NCBI GenBank assembly: GCA_964540825.1
Contig: CAZINT010000003.1
Location: 147,250 to 211,249 of the forward strand
Reading direction: 5' to 3'
Source of the DNA: an uncultured Gammaproteobacteria bacterium
Lineage (GTDB): Bacteria > Patescibacteriota > Patescibacteriia > Magasanikbacterales > GWA2-37-8
DNA length: 64,000 nt
In this document: positions 28,904 through 38,495 of the stretch, piece by piece
Layout of the letters: every line of letters begins with the position of its first letter
Position numbering within the stretch: position 1 is the first letter of the stretch
The notes under the pieces: model-generated
Told to the model about the DNA's origin: nothing
The model's input: only the letters and a program-made list of their open reading frames with translations
Databases searched by the model: none
Position numbers and translations under genes: made by a program

Positions 28904-29051
28904 GGATCACCTCGTTTAATCGTCTGAGCAAAACAGTTACACATACAACCAAAATTGTCAATAGTTTTGAGGTAATTAAAAGACTCCTACCGCAAAAATC
29001 TTGTAGGAGTCCACTAATAAATTATAAGCAAAACCAGTTTTTTTCGCTCTT

Positions 29052-30353
29052 TTACGGCTTCAACCGTCCAATCGTTCTGGGGAACGGAATACACTCTCGA
29101 ATATGCTCTACCCCGCAAACCCAGCGCACGGCGCGCTCTAAGCCGATACCAAAACCTGAATGCGGCACGCTGCCATAACGTCGCAAATCCAAATACCATT
29201 CGTAATCTTCCATATTCAAACCTTCGTGTTTAATACGTTCAATCAATAAATCAACATTGTCCTCACGCTGCGATCCGCCAATCAACTCTCCCCCGCCTTC
29301 GGTAGCAATAAGATCGTCATTCAAAACGAGTTCAGGGTTTACGCTATCGCGTTTCATGTAAAAAGGCTTGATACTCTTCGGCCATTTTTCGATAAAGACC
29401 GGCACCACACTATCTTTCGTGAGCAGCCCCTCATCATCGTTACCAAGGTCTTCACCGTATTTAATATCCGAACCCAGTTCGTTCAATTTTACAATCGCCT
29501 GATCATATGTGTAGCGCGTGAATGGCGCATCTACCGCCGCCAGTTTCGCTGTATCACGCTCAAGAATAGCGAGTTCTGCTTTACAGTGATCCAAACAATA
29601 GCGCACGATCGCGCGAACAAGTCCTTCTTGAATTTGTAAATTTTCTTCATGCTCCACAAATGCAGCTTCCGCATCCATCATCCAAAATTCAGTCAGGTGG
29701 CGTTTGGTTTTACTCTTTTCCGCGCGAAATACCGGGCCAAAATCATAACACCGTCCCACCGAAGCAATCGCGGCTTCAATATATAATTGGCCCGACTGCG
29801 AAAGATAGGCTGTGCCAAGATCAAAATACGGAACAGGAAAAAGGGTCGTTGTTCCTTCACAAGCGTTCGGGGTAAAAATCGGGCTGTCGGCTTTGATAAA
29901 ATTCTGTTCGTGCAGATACTGATTGATCGCCATGATAATCGCGTCGCGCACACGCAGAATCGCCCATTGCTGTTTACTGCGCAGCCACAAGTGACGATTG
30001 TCCATCAGGAAATCCGGGCCATGTTCTTTTTTAGCAATCGGAAAATCTGTGGCCAACTGAATAATCGTGACATCTTTTACTTCAAGTTCATATTGATCTG
30101 GTTTTTTGGGGTGCTGCTTCACAAGACCCGTCACGGTAAGTGACGATTCTTGATTCAATGATTCGATCGCTGTCCACACCGTTTCGGAAACGCCGCTTTT
30201 TGAGGCCACTGCCGAGAGCCAACCAAAACCATCGCGAATTTCAAGGAAAGCAATTGATCCCGACGATCGTTTGTTGTAGAGCCACCCGCGCACGGTTACT
30301 TCTTGACCAACCATTTCACCGATATTTTTAGATAAACAGATAGACATAAACAT
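29052..30353 (-). CDS. asnS: asparagine--tRNA ligase
   Basis: OB fold VRGWLYNKR, RHLWLRS, CEGTTTLF, YLSQSGQLY, FRAEKSKTKRHLTEFWM, GGSQRE, PHSGFGIGLER. Confidence 0.95.
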   Translation of the reverse strand: MFMSICLSKNIGEMVGQEVTVRGWLYNKRSSGSIAFLEIRDGFGWLSAVASKSGVSETVWTAIESLNQESSLTVTGLVKQHPKKPDQYELEVKDVTIIQLATDFPIAKKEHGPDFLMDNRHLWLRSKQQWAILRVRDAIIMAINQYLHEQNFIKADSPIFTPNACEGTTTLFPVPYFDLGTAYLSQSGQLYIEAAIASVGRCYDFGPVFRAEKSKTKRHLTEFWMMDAEAAFVEHEENLQIQEGLVRAIVRYCLDHCKAELAILERDTAKLAAVDAPFTRYTYDQAIVKLNELGSDIKYGEDLGNDDEGLLTKDSVVPVFIEKWPKSIKPFYMKRDSVNPELVLNDDLIATEGGGELIGGSQREDNVDLLIERIKHEGLNMEDYEWYLDLRRYGSVPHSGFGIGLERAVRWVCGVEHIRECIPFPRTIGRLKP

Positions 30354-30462
30354 TTTTAAAAGCTTTTCTAGCGTAGCTGTTTTTAGCCAAAAAGGCAAGT
30401 GGAAAAGAGAGTTGCAAAAAATACGCGTCACTGTATACTCGACTCAGAATGGAGGGTCCACA

Positions 30463-31329
30463 ATGGTACAGCATTTGAGCGCAGCAGAGATCGTCGACTT
30501 TCTCGAGCGCGAACGAATTTCGCCCTTTCCTATGAAAACCAGCGATCTACTCCCCGGACTTTTGCGGGGGTGGATTCACCTGGTTCAAAATCCGCCCCAG
30601 CTGCCGCGCGCCTGGGAACACGGCAAGGAGACACCGCTCGGCCAGATTCCGGACTACGATCACGGTTATTTTGAACTTGTTGGCCAGGACGATCCTGCCA
30701 ATCCGGACTCGAAGAAGGATCGCAAGCGAGTTCTGCATGTCAGGAAGCATCTGCCGGCGCTTCTTGAAAAACAAAATCCTGCCTTCCTTCGGGAACACGG
30801 CGCTTTGATCTACGCCTCGCTCGAGCTTTTGGAGCGTTCGCTCCACGCCGTTTTGCCGGTCGCCAAGGAGATCGACCTCAGATTCAAAACCGATCTTGCT
30901 CAGCGCCTTTTTACCCCAAAGGACGATCACGTCGTTCGCCATCTGGCGTACACCGAAGTCCGTCCGGATTCGCTCAACGAAGGGGTCATCGGCCAAGGCC
31001 ATCGCGATCGTTCGGCCAAGACCCTTACGGTGCTCGAGACCAGACGCGGAGTTCAGATTATGACTCCGGAGGGCTGGAAAGACATCGTTTCGAGTAGGCC
31101 CGACTGCCCCAACCTCTTCACGTCGGCTAAGACCGAGGTGGCGACAGCTGGCGGTCTCCTGGCCCTTCCCCACCGGGTGGTTTCATACCCAACCGCCAAT
31201 CAGATGGACACCATCCTCGACGAACTCGGGATCGAGCTCCCACCCGAGATCCTCCGCGTGTCCATGATCGTGTTCCTCCACTACCACGGAATCGAGATCC
31301 CTTCCACGTACCAGACCCGGTACCCATAG
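30463..31329 (+). CDS. 2-oxoglutarate/Fe(II)-dependent oxygenase superfamily protein
   Basis: HxD (GHRDRSAKTL), GVQI..W, distal HRV, RxS (RVSMIVF); GGAGG SD; promoter TTGCAA-16-TATACT. Confidence 0.75.
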   Translation: MVQHLSAAEIVDFLERERISPFPMKTSDLLPGLLRGWIHLVQNPPQLPRAWEHGKETPLGQIPDYDHGYFELVGQDDPANPDSKKDRKRVLHVRKHLPALLEKQNPAFLREHGALIYASLELLERSLHAVLPVAKEIDLRFKTDLAQRLFTPKDDHVVRHLAYTEVRPDSLNEGVIGQGHRDRSAKTLTVLETRRGVQIMTPEGWKDIVSSRPDCPNLFTSAKTEVATAGGLLALPHRVVSYPTANQMDTILDELGIELPPEILRVSMIVFLHYHGIEIPSTYQTRYP

Positions 31330-31446
31330 ATCCGAAATTTCGCTTCCCCACCAATCCCCGTCGCCTATACAGCAAGGCAGACGGGGATTGCGCACAAACA
31401 CATACCACGTTTTAAGCGCGGTTTTTTTATTACCCAAATAAAATAG

Positions 31447-32178
31447 TTACACGGTGAGTGCAAACCGTTTCGGCGGATTTTTTCCTTGAAAATGATACTG
31501 TAAAAATAAATGCACAAGCTCCAGAACTGACGGAGCAACATTCGCCGGTAACTCCGTCCACGGTGCAGCCAACACTTTTTGAAAATCTTTTTTTTCAGGT
31601 ACACCGAGCGGCACCACCAGCGAATTACCAGCTACTGTCTGCGCCGGCTTCCGGCAAGCTGTATGCACCACTCCCCCTTCGGCAATACTGAAATAACTCG
31701 CTTCTTCCCCGAGCGTTTCTCGGCACACCACACAGGTAGCAAGCTCAGGCTGCCACCCAAGTAATGCAAGCAGCTTCACACTAAAACTCGCCACCAGTAT
31801 TTCGGAGTTTTGTGTGTGCTCGTCGCATGCCTGTAAAAAACTAGCCACGAGCGAAAAAATCCGCGGCTCCGGATGCCTCAGTACTGTAAGGCTATCAACG
31901 AGCGCCAAACAATACGAAACAACCGACATTTTTTCTAAATCGTGTGAAATAGTTCGAAATGTTTGATACGGCTGAGCCGTAATCAAAAGATCCATTTCTT
32001 TGGCCGGCACGCATTCTGTTTCCAAAATAAAAAACGGCAATAAGTATGCCGACAATTTGCTGGTAATTTTTTTAACCCCCCGCGCGAGCACCTCACGCTT
32101 CCCCGACTCATCCGTAAATAAAGTAATAAACTGATCACTTTCACGCAGGTCTTGGCGTTTTAAAACAATAGATAACAT
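31447..32178 (-). CDS. recO: DNA repair protein RecO
   Basis: IVLKRQDLRESD..ITLFT..GK..ARG, LLGWQPEL..CVVC, FS..EGGVV. Confidence 0.92.
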   Translation of the reverse strand: MLSIVLKRQDLRESDQFITLFTDESGKREVLARGVKKITSKLSAYLLPFFILETECVPAKEMDLLITAQPYQTFRTISHDLEKMSVVSYCLALVDSLTVLRHPEPRIFSLVASFLQACDEHTQNSEILVASFSVKLLALLGWQPELATCVVCRETLGEEASYFSIAEGGVVHTACRKPAQTVAGNSLVVPLGVPEKKDFQKVLAAPWTELPANVAPSVLELVHLFLQYHFQGKNPPKRFALTV

Positions 32179-32230
32179 AGAAAAGCACAAAATAAAGAGT
32201 ACAAAGCCGCTCTTTATACTTTTTATTTTG

Positions 32231-32614
32231 TTATTTGCGCTTTAATGATTCAAGATACCCTTCTAAAATTACCATCGCTGCTTTTTCATCGCGGCTTACA
32301 CCGCCCATCGAGCGGTCAGCCTGCTGCGACGAAAAACGTTCGTCAAAAAAAACAAAATTTTGTTTTCTGGTTTGTTCACCCAGTGAAGCGACAAAATCAC
32401 GAACCTGTTTCGTGTGCTCGTTCTCACTACCGTCAAGTCCTAAAGGAAGTCCGACCACGACAAGATCCGGATTCTCTTTGGAGATAAGTTCAATTACCGC
32501 TTCGCCATAGGTATCATTTTTGAGAACCCCAAACGGCAGAACCACATTTACAGTCGTATCAACCCAAGCAACCCCAGTGCGTTTTTGACCAATGTCGAGA
32601 GCAAGAATATTCAT
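32231..32614 (-). CDS. yqgF: YqgF/RuvX pre-16S rRNA nuclease
   Basis: ILALDIGQKRTGVA, VVGLP, FDERFSS, AAMVILEGYL. Confidence 0.92.
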   Translation of the reverse strand: MNILALDIGQKRTGVAWVDTTVNVVLPFGVLKNDTYGEAVIELISKENPDLVVVGLPLGLDGSENEHTKQVRDFVASLGEQTRKQNFVFFDERFSSQQADRSMGGVSRDEKAAMVILEGYLESLKRK

Positions 32615-32616
32615 AC

Positions 32617-33456
32617 CTACCACAACACTTCGCTGTCTTCATTCGGCCTCCGAGTCAATACTTCATTACCTTTGGCGGTGATGACTAGCGTATGTTCAAA
32701 ATGAGCACAGAGCGCATTGTCGCGCATCGCAATTGTCCAGCCATCGGGTTTGGCAACCACGCGGTGTTCTTTAGAAATTGAAATCATCGGTTCGATCGCA
32801 ATAACCATGCCCGGCTTTAAAATAACCGATTCTAATCCCGGATCATAATAGTTGGGTACATTTGGTTTCTCGTGAACCTCGTGACCAACACCGTGACCCA
32901 CCAGGTCACGCACCACACCGTAATTACCTTGAGATTTCACATACGTCTCGATCGCTTTACCGATACTCGCGACACTGTTTCCCGGCTGCGCTGCCCGAAT
33001 ACCGACTTCCAGCGCTTCTTTAGTAACACGCAGTAATTCCCGAGTAGCCTCCGGAATTTTGCCAATTGAAAAGGTGATCGCCGTATCCGTATAGTACCCG
33101 CGTTTTCGTTTAGTATTTTTTTGCTTGCTGTTCCCGGCCGGATATTCCATACCGATATCGATGGTAAAAATATCACCGTCTTTCAATTCAACATCTTTGC
33201 GCGGAATAGCATGAACAAGATCGGTGTTCACCGAGGCGCAAATAGTCCCAGGAAAAGGTGTATCACTTGCGTGTGTCATATACCCCTTGAAGGCCGGTTT
33301 GCCGCCCGCCGCCACAATCTTTTTTTCAGCCAAAAGATCAATCGTGTAGGTAGTCATACCGGGTTTACAGAGTGCTTGAAGTTCGCTAAGTATCTCACCC
33401 ATCAATTTCCCTCCCTCGGCAATGAGCGCAATTTCTTTTTTGTTTTTGATTAACAC
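32617..33456 (-). CDS. map: methionine aminopeptidase type I
   Basis: CASVN..VHAIP, IDIG, DTAIT, GHGVG..VHE, IAIEPM, AHFEHT. Confidence 0.95.
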   Translation of the reverse strand: MLIKNKKEIALIAEGGKLMGEILSELQALCKPGMTTYTIDLLAEKKIVAAGGKPAFKGYMTHASDTPFPGTICASVNTDLVHAIPRKDVELKDGDIFTIDIGMEYPAGNSKQKNTKRKRGYYTDTAITFSIGKIPEATRELLRVTKEALEVGIRAAQPGNSVASIGKAIETYVKSQGNYGVVRDLVGHGVGHEVHEKPNVPNYYDPGLESVILKPGMVIAIEPMISISKEHRVVAKPDGWTIAMRDNALCAHFEHTLVITAKGNEVLTRRPNEDSEVLW

Positions 33457-33481
33457 AGATGAAACAATTAAAAAATAGTCC

Positions 33482-34147
33482 TTACTTTTTTTTCAAAATA
33501 GTTTCAATCGCCTGTTCAACTTCGGCAATTGACTGTCGGCCATCAACTGTTTCGAATGTTTCGCGGGTGGTATAAAATTCTATGATCGGCTTGATCGCTT
33601 TGTTGCCTTGCTGCAAGACACGCTTTCTGACCACATCTTCAGCATCGTCGGCGCGTGTCACCAGCGCTCCACCGCACTTAGGGCATGCCGCCGGGTCTGT
33701 CGCGTCACTGGCGAGGCGCACTATTTCGCCGCACTCGCAGCAAATACGTCTGCGGCCCAAGCGTTCAAACGCTTCTTCGTCGGACAGTGCAACTTCTATT
33801 GCGACCACCTCTTTTTCCAAATCATGTTCTTTAAAATATTTCTGATATTCCTCGGCCTGGGGAATGTTGCGAATAGCCCCGTCGAGGACAACGCCGCGGC
33901 CAGCAGCAAGAGCGCTATCAATCGCACGAAAGGCCAGGCGATAAATCAGCCAATCCGGGACGAGGATTCCCTGCTTCATTTGTTCCATAGCCGTACGCTC
34001 TTCAGGAAGGGCATTTTTATCAGCATCGAGCGCACGCAAAAGGTCACCCGTCGAGATATGGCGATAATTATATTTTTCAGCAATTTTCTTGGCTTGCGTC
34101 CCTTTACCGCTTCCGGGAGGCCCCATGAGAATAACAATCTTTTTCAT
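33482..34147 (-). CDS. adk: adenylate kinase (Zn-lid type)
   Basis: GPPGSGKGTQA, HISTGDLLR, VLDG, CxxC lid, RADD. Confidence 0.94.
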   Translation of the reverse strand: MKKIVILMGPPGSGKGTQAKKIAEKYNYRHISTGDLLRALDADKNALPEERTAMEQMKQGILVPDWLIYRLAFRAIDSALAAGRGVVLDGAIRNIPQAEEYQKYFKEHDLEKEVVAIEVALSDEEAFERLGRRRICCECGEIVRLASDATDPAACPKCGGALVTRADDAEDVVRKRVLQQGNKAIKPIIEFYTTRETFETVDGRQSIAEVEQAIETILKKK

Positions 34148-34238
34148 AACGTAAAAACAAAAAAGGCTTTATAACCAGCTTTTATAGAGTCTATACTACC
34201 AAATAGAGCGTAATTGAGCAAGTTTGCAGCCTCAGGCG

Positions 34239-34267
34239 TTGACATTTTTTAGTCAGTATCGTATACT
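34239..34267 (+). promoter_or_regulatory. near-consensus sigma70 promoter
   Basis: TTGACA-17 nt-TATACT. Confidence 0.75.
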
Positions 34268-34329
34268 ATGGGGCTTCCTCTCGCTAAAGCTGGTTTATAA
34301 ATGACTGACTTTAAAGGGAGGAATGCGTC

Positions 34330-35088
34330 ATGAACAAACAGCACAATTGGCTGTATATCAGCCTTGGTATTCTTGCGCTTTGCGCAGGTTTTTCTTGGCT
34401 CTTTGATCTAAATCTGGCAGCAAGCGTACATATTTTCTTTGTCTGGCTGCCCATCCTTGTCGGTGGACAGACCCTGTACGGAACACTGGTCACAACACTC
34501 AAAATCGAGCAGGGTCTCGAGATTCCGTTTAGCAGAGTCGTCAAAGACCTCGGCCTCGCGTTCAGTATGTTAGTCGTTGCCCAGGGCAGCACGTGGCGCC
34601 GCTACGGCTGGTTCGATCTGGGTTCGGATTACCTGGATTTGTGGCTATATATCAATTTTGCCACTGTCTTGGCAGTCGGCTGGCAGCTCGGCTACATTGC
34701 TCTGCCCCATCGGCGCCTTCGTTCGATCAGCCGAGCTCTGGGCATTATTTTGACTGCAGGTGTCGGGCTGGCTCTTCTGAAGATTCAGCTGCGCGCACCC
34801 CAGGTTCTCGAAAGGGGCTGGTTCCTGGAAGTGGGCGCAGCGGTCATCGTTTTTTCGCCGCTCCTGCTCAAAGGCACACTCCTGCTCAATAAAAACGATA
34901 CAGCCTTGCAGGCAGCAGCAGAACTTCTGGGGCTCAAAGGCCTCCTCCTTGCCCTCTTTGTTGTATACGCCTGCTGGTATCCGCCGATGCGTACCGGTGA
35001 ACACCCCTACCTTGCGACCCTGCCCATCGGCATCATCGCCGCGAGCCTCCTCGCGAGCACTGGCATTATCTGGCGTAAAAGCCGGTAA
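34330..35088 (+). CDS. orphan multi-pass membrane protein inserted antisense between secY and adk
   Basis: AGGGAGG SD; 7-8 hydrophobic segments; own promoter and terminator. Confidence 0.8.
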   Translation: MNKQHNWLYISLGILALCAGFSWLFDLNLAASVHIFFVWLPILVGGQTLYGTLVTTLKIEQGLEIPFSRVVKDLGLAFSMLVVAQGSTWRRYGWFDLGSDYLDLWLYINFATVLAVGWQLGYIALPHRRLRSISRALGIILTAGVGLALLKIQLRAPQVLERGWFLEVGAAVIVFSPLLLKGTLLLNKNDTALQAAAELLGLKGLLLALFVVYACWYPPMRTGEHPYLATLPIGIIAASLLASTGIIWRKSR

Positions 35089-35171
35089 GCCTCACCCCCC
35101 CTTGCACCAGGCCTCGCCTGGTGCACAACTAAAAAATCCCGATTGCGTCGGGATTTTTTAGTAGAATTCTT

Positions 35172-36449
35172 TTAAACTTTATCGTATTCATGCACCGTCA
35201 GCTGCGCCTCAATCTGTTTAGCAGTTTCAATCGCAACCGCGACCACGATCAGGAGACTCGTTCCGCCAATTCGGAAGCTCTGCGTTCCAGAAATTCCTTC
35301 CACGACAAGCGGCAAGAGAGCAATAAACCCAAGGAAAAGTGCGCCAATCAAATTCAAGCGATTCATGGTCTGACCAATATATTTTTCGGTTTCTTTTCCC
35401 GGACGAATACCTGGAATAAAGCCGCCTTGCTTTTGCAAATTTTCAGCAATTTTCTGGGGGTGAAAAATAACAGCCGTATAGAAGAATGTAAATCCAACGA
35501 CCAGCGCAAAATACAAAGCATCGTAGAAAATCTTATTCTGAAAAAGCGTAATCGTTCCAGCTGCCAAATTAGCGAGCCACAAACTTTTCGCATTTACAAA
35601 AAACTGCGCAATCATGGATGGAAAAAGAATCAGCGAAATGGCAAAGATAATCGGAATAACGCCGGCCATGTTCACGCGGAACGGTAAGTGCGTACTGGCA
35701 CCGCCATAGGCCTGCTGACCACGCATTTGTTTAGCATAGGTTACCGGAATATTGCGCTGTCCTTCGCTAATGAACACCACACCAACGATCGTTACGATTA
35801 TGATGATTGCAAAGACAATGAAAAGTGAAAGATTCGATGGGTCGTAGTTAATAAGCGCGTTGCGCAGCGTCCCCGGGAGCGACGCCACGATACCGGCAAA
35901 GATAAGCAGCGAAACTCCGTTGCCAACTTTTTTTTCGTTGATAAGTTCACCGATCCACATGAGGAACATCGTGCCGGCAGTGATCGTAACCAAAATAGTT
36001 GCGAGGCGGAAAAAGGTAAGATCGGTCAAAATCGGGAGTGACGAAGACTGGGTTAAAAGTCTAATGGTAGCATAACCCTGCAGGAACGCGAGCGGAAGCG
36101 TCAGCCAGCGTGTATACAAACTTAATTTCTGCTGACCGGATTCTCCTTCTTTACTCAGCTCTTCCATACTTGGAATAAGCATGGTCAAAAGCTGAATAAT
36201 AATTGAAGCGGTAATATATGGCCCGACGCCAAGCATGATGATCGAGAAGTTCTGCAGTGTGCCACCCGAAAAAACATTCAACAAACCCAAAATCTGATTA
36301 CCGGCTAAGTAATTACGCAAATTGACAACGTTCACTCCCGGAATTGGAATGTGGGCCAAGAGCCGATACAAAACAAGCATTGCCAAAACAAACAAAAGCT
36401 TGTTGCGAATATCTTTAACTGTCCAAATTTGTTGTAGTTTTTGCCACAT
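35172..36449 (-). CDS. secY: preprotein translocase subunit SecY
   Basis: HIPIPG, LGVGPYITASII, GNGVSLLIF, AGVIPIIFA, FIPGIRPG, GGTSLLIVV. Confidence 0.98.
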   Translation of the reverse strand: MWQKLQQIWTVKDIRNKLLFVLAMLVLYRLLAHIPIPGVNVVNLRNYLAGNQILGLLNVFSGGTLQNFSIIMLGVGPYITASIIIQLLTMLIPSMEELSKEGESGQQKLSLYTRWLTLPLAFLQGYATIRLLTQSSSLPILTDLTFFRLATILVTITAGTMFLMWIGELINEKKVGNGVSLLIFAGIVASLPGTLRNALINYDPSNLSLFIVFAIIIIVTIVGVVFISEGQRNIPVTYAKQMRGQQAYGGASTHLPFRVNMAGVIPIIFAISLILFPSMIAQFFVNAKSLWLANLAAGTITLFQNKIFYDALYFALVVGFTFFYTAVIFHPQKIAENLQKQGGFIPGIRPGKETEKYIGQTMNRLNLIGALFLGFIALLPLVVEGISGTQSFRIGGTSLLIVVAVAIETAKQIEAQLTVHEYDKV

Positions 36450-36535
36450 AGAAGTAGTTCTTTAAAGCAATAAAGTCCCTACAGTCTCTAAAGTCGACCA
36501 TACGGACTTTAAAACTGAAGTGCTCTTGGCTTCGA

Positions 36536-36973
36536 TTACTTAACTTCACCACCGGCTGCGGTGATTTTTTCAAGTGCCGCTTTGGTGGTTTTGATTCCTT
36601 CGAGTTTAAATTTCTTGGAAACAGTTCCGGAATTCAAAATCTTGGCTGCCTTAGCAGTAGGAGGAATAAGATGCTTTTCCTGTAAAGCGGCAATGGTGAT
36701 GAGGTCGCCAGCAGCAAAATGTTTTTCAAGATCTTCAAGATAGACTTCGCTCGGGCGAATTTTGAAACTCGTAAAGCCGCGCAGTTTTGGAGTAGACTGG
36801 AGGAGACGCTTAAAACTGCGAGCTTGATTGCCGCGCTGACCGCCTGAGCGAGCAGTTTGACCTTTGCCGCCGCGCGTAGCAGACTTACCATGGCCCGATG
36901 CGTCACCGCGACCAACGCGTTTTACGCGGTGCTTGGCGCCTTTGGCTGCTTTGATTGTGTGAGGTTGTAACAT
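36536..36973 (-). CDS. rplO: 50S ribosomal protein uL15
   Basis: RVGRGDASGHGKSATRGGKGQTARSG. Confidence 0.95.
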   Translation of the reverse strand: MLQPHTIKAAKGAKHRVKRVGRGDASGHGKSATRGGKGQTARSGGQRGNQARSFKRLLQSTPKLRGFTSFKIRPSEVYLEDLEKHFAAGDLITIAALQEKHLIPPTAKAAKILNSGTVSKKFKLEGIKTTKAALEKITAAGGEVK

Positions 36974-37003
36974 ACAAATGTAATTAGATAGCGGCGCTAA
37001 GCG

Positions 37004-37513
37004 TTAGGCTTTTGCTTCCATGCGTTTCTTTGGAAGAACGCGTTTAAAGCTCTTAAGCGCGTCAAACGTAGCTTTAACAATCGCAATTTTGTTTTTTGTT
37101 TTACCTAAAATTTTAGAAGAAACATTCGGGATGCCTGCCAAGTCAAGAACGGAGCGAACAGCACCGCCCGCGATAATACCAGAACCTTTTGGAGCAGGCT
37201 TAAGCATCACTTCAGCAGCCTTAAATTTGCGGACAACAGCGTGCGGAATGGTTTCGCGAATAATCGGTACTGTGATCATACGTTTCTTGGCCTGGTGGAC
37301 AGCTTTTTCTACACCCAGCTGCACATCAGCGCCTTTGGCAACACCGTAGCCAACGCGGCCATGGCGATCACCCAAGATGATACAGACGCGAAAGCTCATA
37401 TGCTTGCCACCTTCGGTAACACGAGTTACGCGCGCCAAATCAAGAATGTATTGTTCAAATTCACTCTTTTCTTCATTGCGGCGGCCGCGTTTGTGATCGG
37501 ATGGTTTTTGCAT
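37004..37513 (-). CDS. rpsE: 30S ribosomal protein uS5
   Basis: RVTRVTEGG, LKPAPKGSGIIAGGAVR. Confidence 0.96.
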   Translation of the reverse strand: MQKPSDHKRGRRNEEKSEFEQYILDLARVTRVTEGGKHMSFRVCIILGDRHGRVGYGVAKGADVQLGVEKAVHQAKKRMITVPIIRETIPHAVVRKFKAAEVMLKPAPKGSGIIAGGAVRSVLDLAGIPNVSSKILGKTKNKIAIVKATFDALKSFKRVLPKKRMEAKA

Positions 37514-37545
37514 ACTACGTCAAAATAATTTCGGAAAAAATAATA

Positions 37546-37920
37546 TTAAAAAGTAAGACCGCCTTCACGGGCGCCATCAGCAACCGCTGCTACACGTCCG
37601 TGGTAGTTGTAACCACCGCGATCAAATACGACAGTTTTAATTCCTTTGGCAACTGCCTTTTCAGCCAGTAATTTACCGGCCAAATATCCAACAGCAGCCT
37701 TGGCCGTACGGCCTTCTGGTTTTGCACCCTTAACCTCAGTTGTTTTCACCGCACACAGTGTTTTGCCGGCAGCATCATCAATAAGTTGAAGTTCCATCGC
37801 TTTATTACTGCGGAATACCGAAAGGCGGGGTTTTTCAGCCGAGCCTTTCACGGTGGCGCGAATGCGGAGGTGACGAACCTGGCGCAATTTATTTTTAGTT
37901 GTAGTTAACAATCTTTTCAT
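37546..37920 (-). CDS. rplR: 50S ribosomal protein uL18
   Basis: PRLSVFRSNK, VVFDRGGYNYHGRV. Confidence 0.96.
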   Translation of the reverse strand: MKRLLTTTKNKLRQVRHLRIRATVKGSAEKPRLSVFRSNKAMELQLIDDAAGKTLCAVKTTEVKGAKPEGRTAKAAVGYLAGKLLAEKAVAKGIKTVVFDRGGYNYHGRVAAVADGAREGGLTF

Positions 37921-37935
37921 ACAAATAATTTTAGA

Positions 37936-38481
37936 TTACGCGCCTTTTGCGGCTGTCTTACCGGCCTTGCGGCGGATAACTTCAGTAAGGTATTTAATGC
38001 CTTTACCTTTATATGGTTCAGGTTTTTTGATGGCGCGAATCTGAGCGGCTGTTTCACCAACCAAATGCTTATCAATACCTTCAACAGTAATAACATTCTT
38101 TTCAACAGTGAACGTAATGCCTTGAGGAGCCTGAAATTCTACCGGATGTGAAAAGCCAACTTCGAGGGCAAGGGCTTTTCCTTTAAGTGCAGCCTTATAA
38201 CCGACACCATTAATTTCAAGCTGTTTTTTGAAGCCTTTGGTAACACCCTCAAGCATATTTTCAATAAGACTGGCAAACGTTCCCCAGAGGGCGCGGTCGC
38301 GTTTGTTTTCTTCGTTTACAGTTGTAACCGAAACTTCAGAATCGTTTTTAACAACGGTAATGTGCGGATGAAGCGCAAGTTTGAGTTCGCCTTTAGGGCC
38401 TTTCATGGTAACGTTTGAGGGAGTGATTTCAACCGTTACGCCGGCTGGCAAGGTAAGGATTTTTTTTCCAATACGAGACAT
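37936..38481 (-). CDS. rplF: 50S ribosomal protein uL6
   Basis: MSRIGKK, GVGYKA, PEPYKGKGIKY. Confidence 0.96.
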   Translation of the reverse strand: MSRIGKKILTLPAGVTVEITPSNVTMKGPKGELKLALHPHITVVKNDSEVSVTTVNEENKRDRALWGTFASLIENMLEGVTKGFKKQLEINGVGYKAALKGKALALEVGFSHPVEFQAPQGITFTVEKNVITVEGIDKHLVGETAAQIRAIKKPEPYKGKGIKYLTEVIRRKAGKTAAKGA

Positions 38482-38495
38482 ATGCGTAAAAAAGT

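Noticed and set aside
15611-28950. Prophage or ICE integrated at tRNA-Leu
   Set aside because: No integrase, phage or conjugation genes; the only att-like duplicate I found is 171 bp from the tRNA; a core-like metallophosphoesterase gene lies inside the interval.
17600-28950. GC-rich array as contamination from another genome
   Set aside because: GC-rich ORFs alternate gene by gene with AT-rich spacers resembling the rest of the window, and the same gene class recurs at many separate sites. Read mapping is still needed to exclude it fully.
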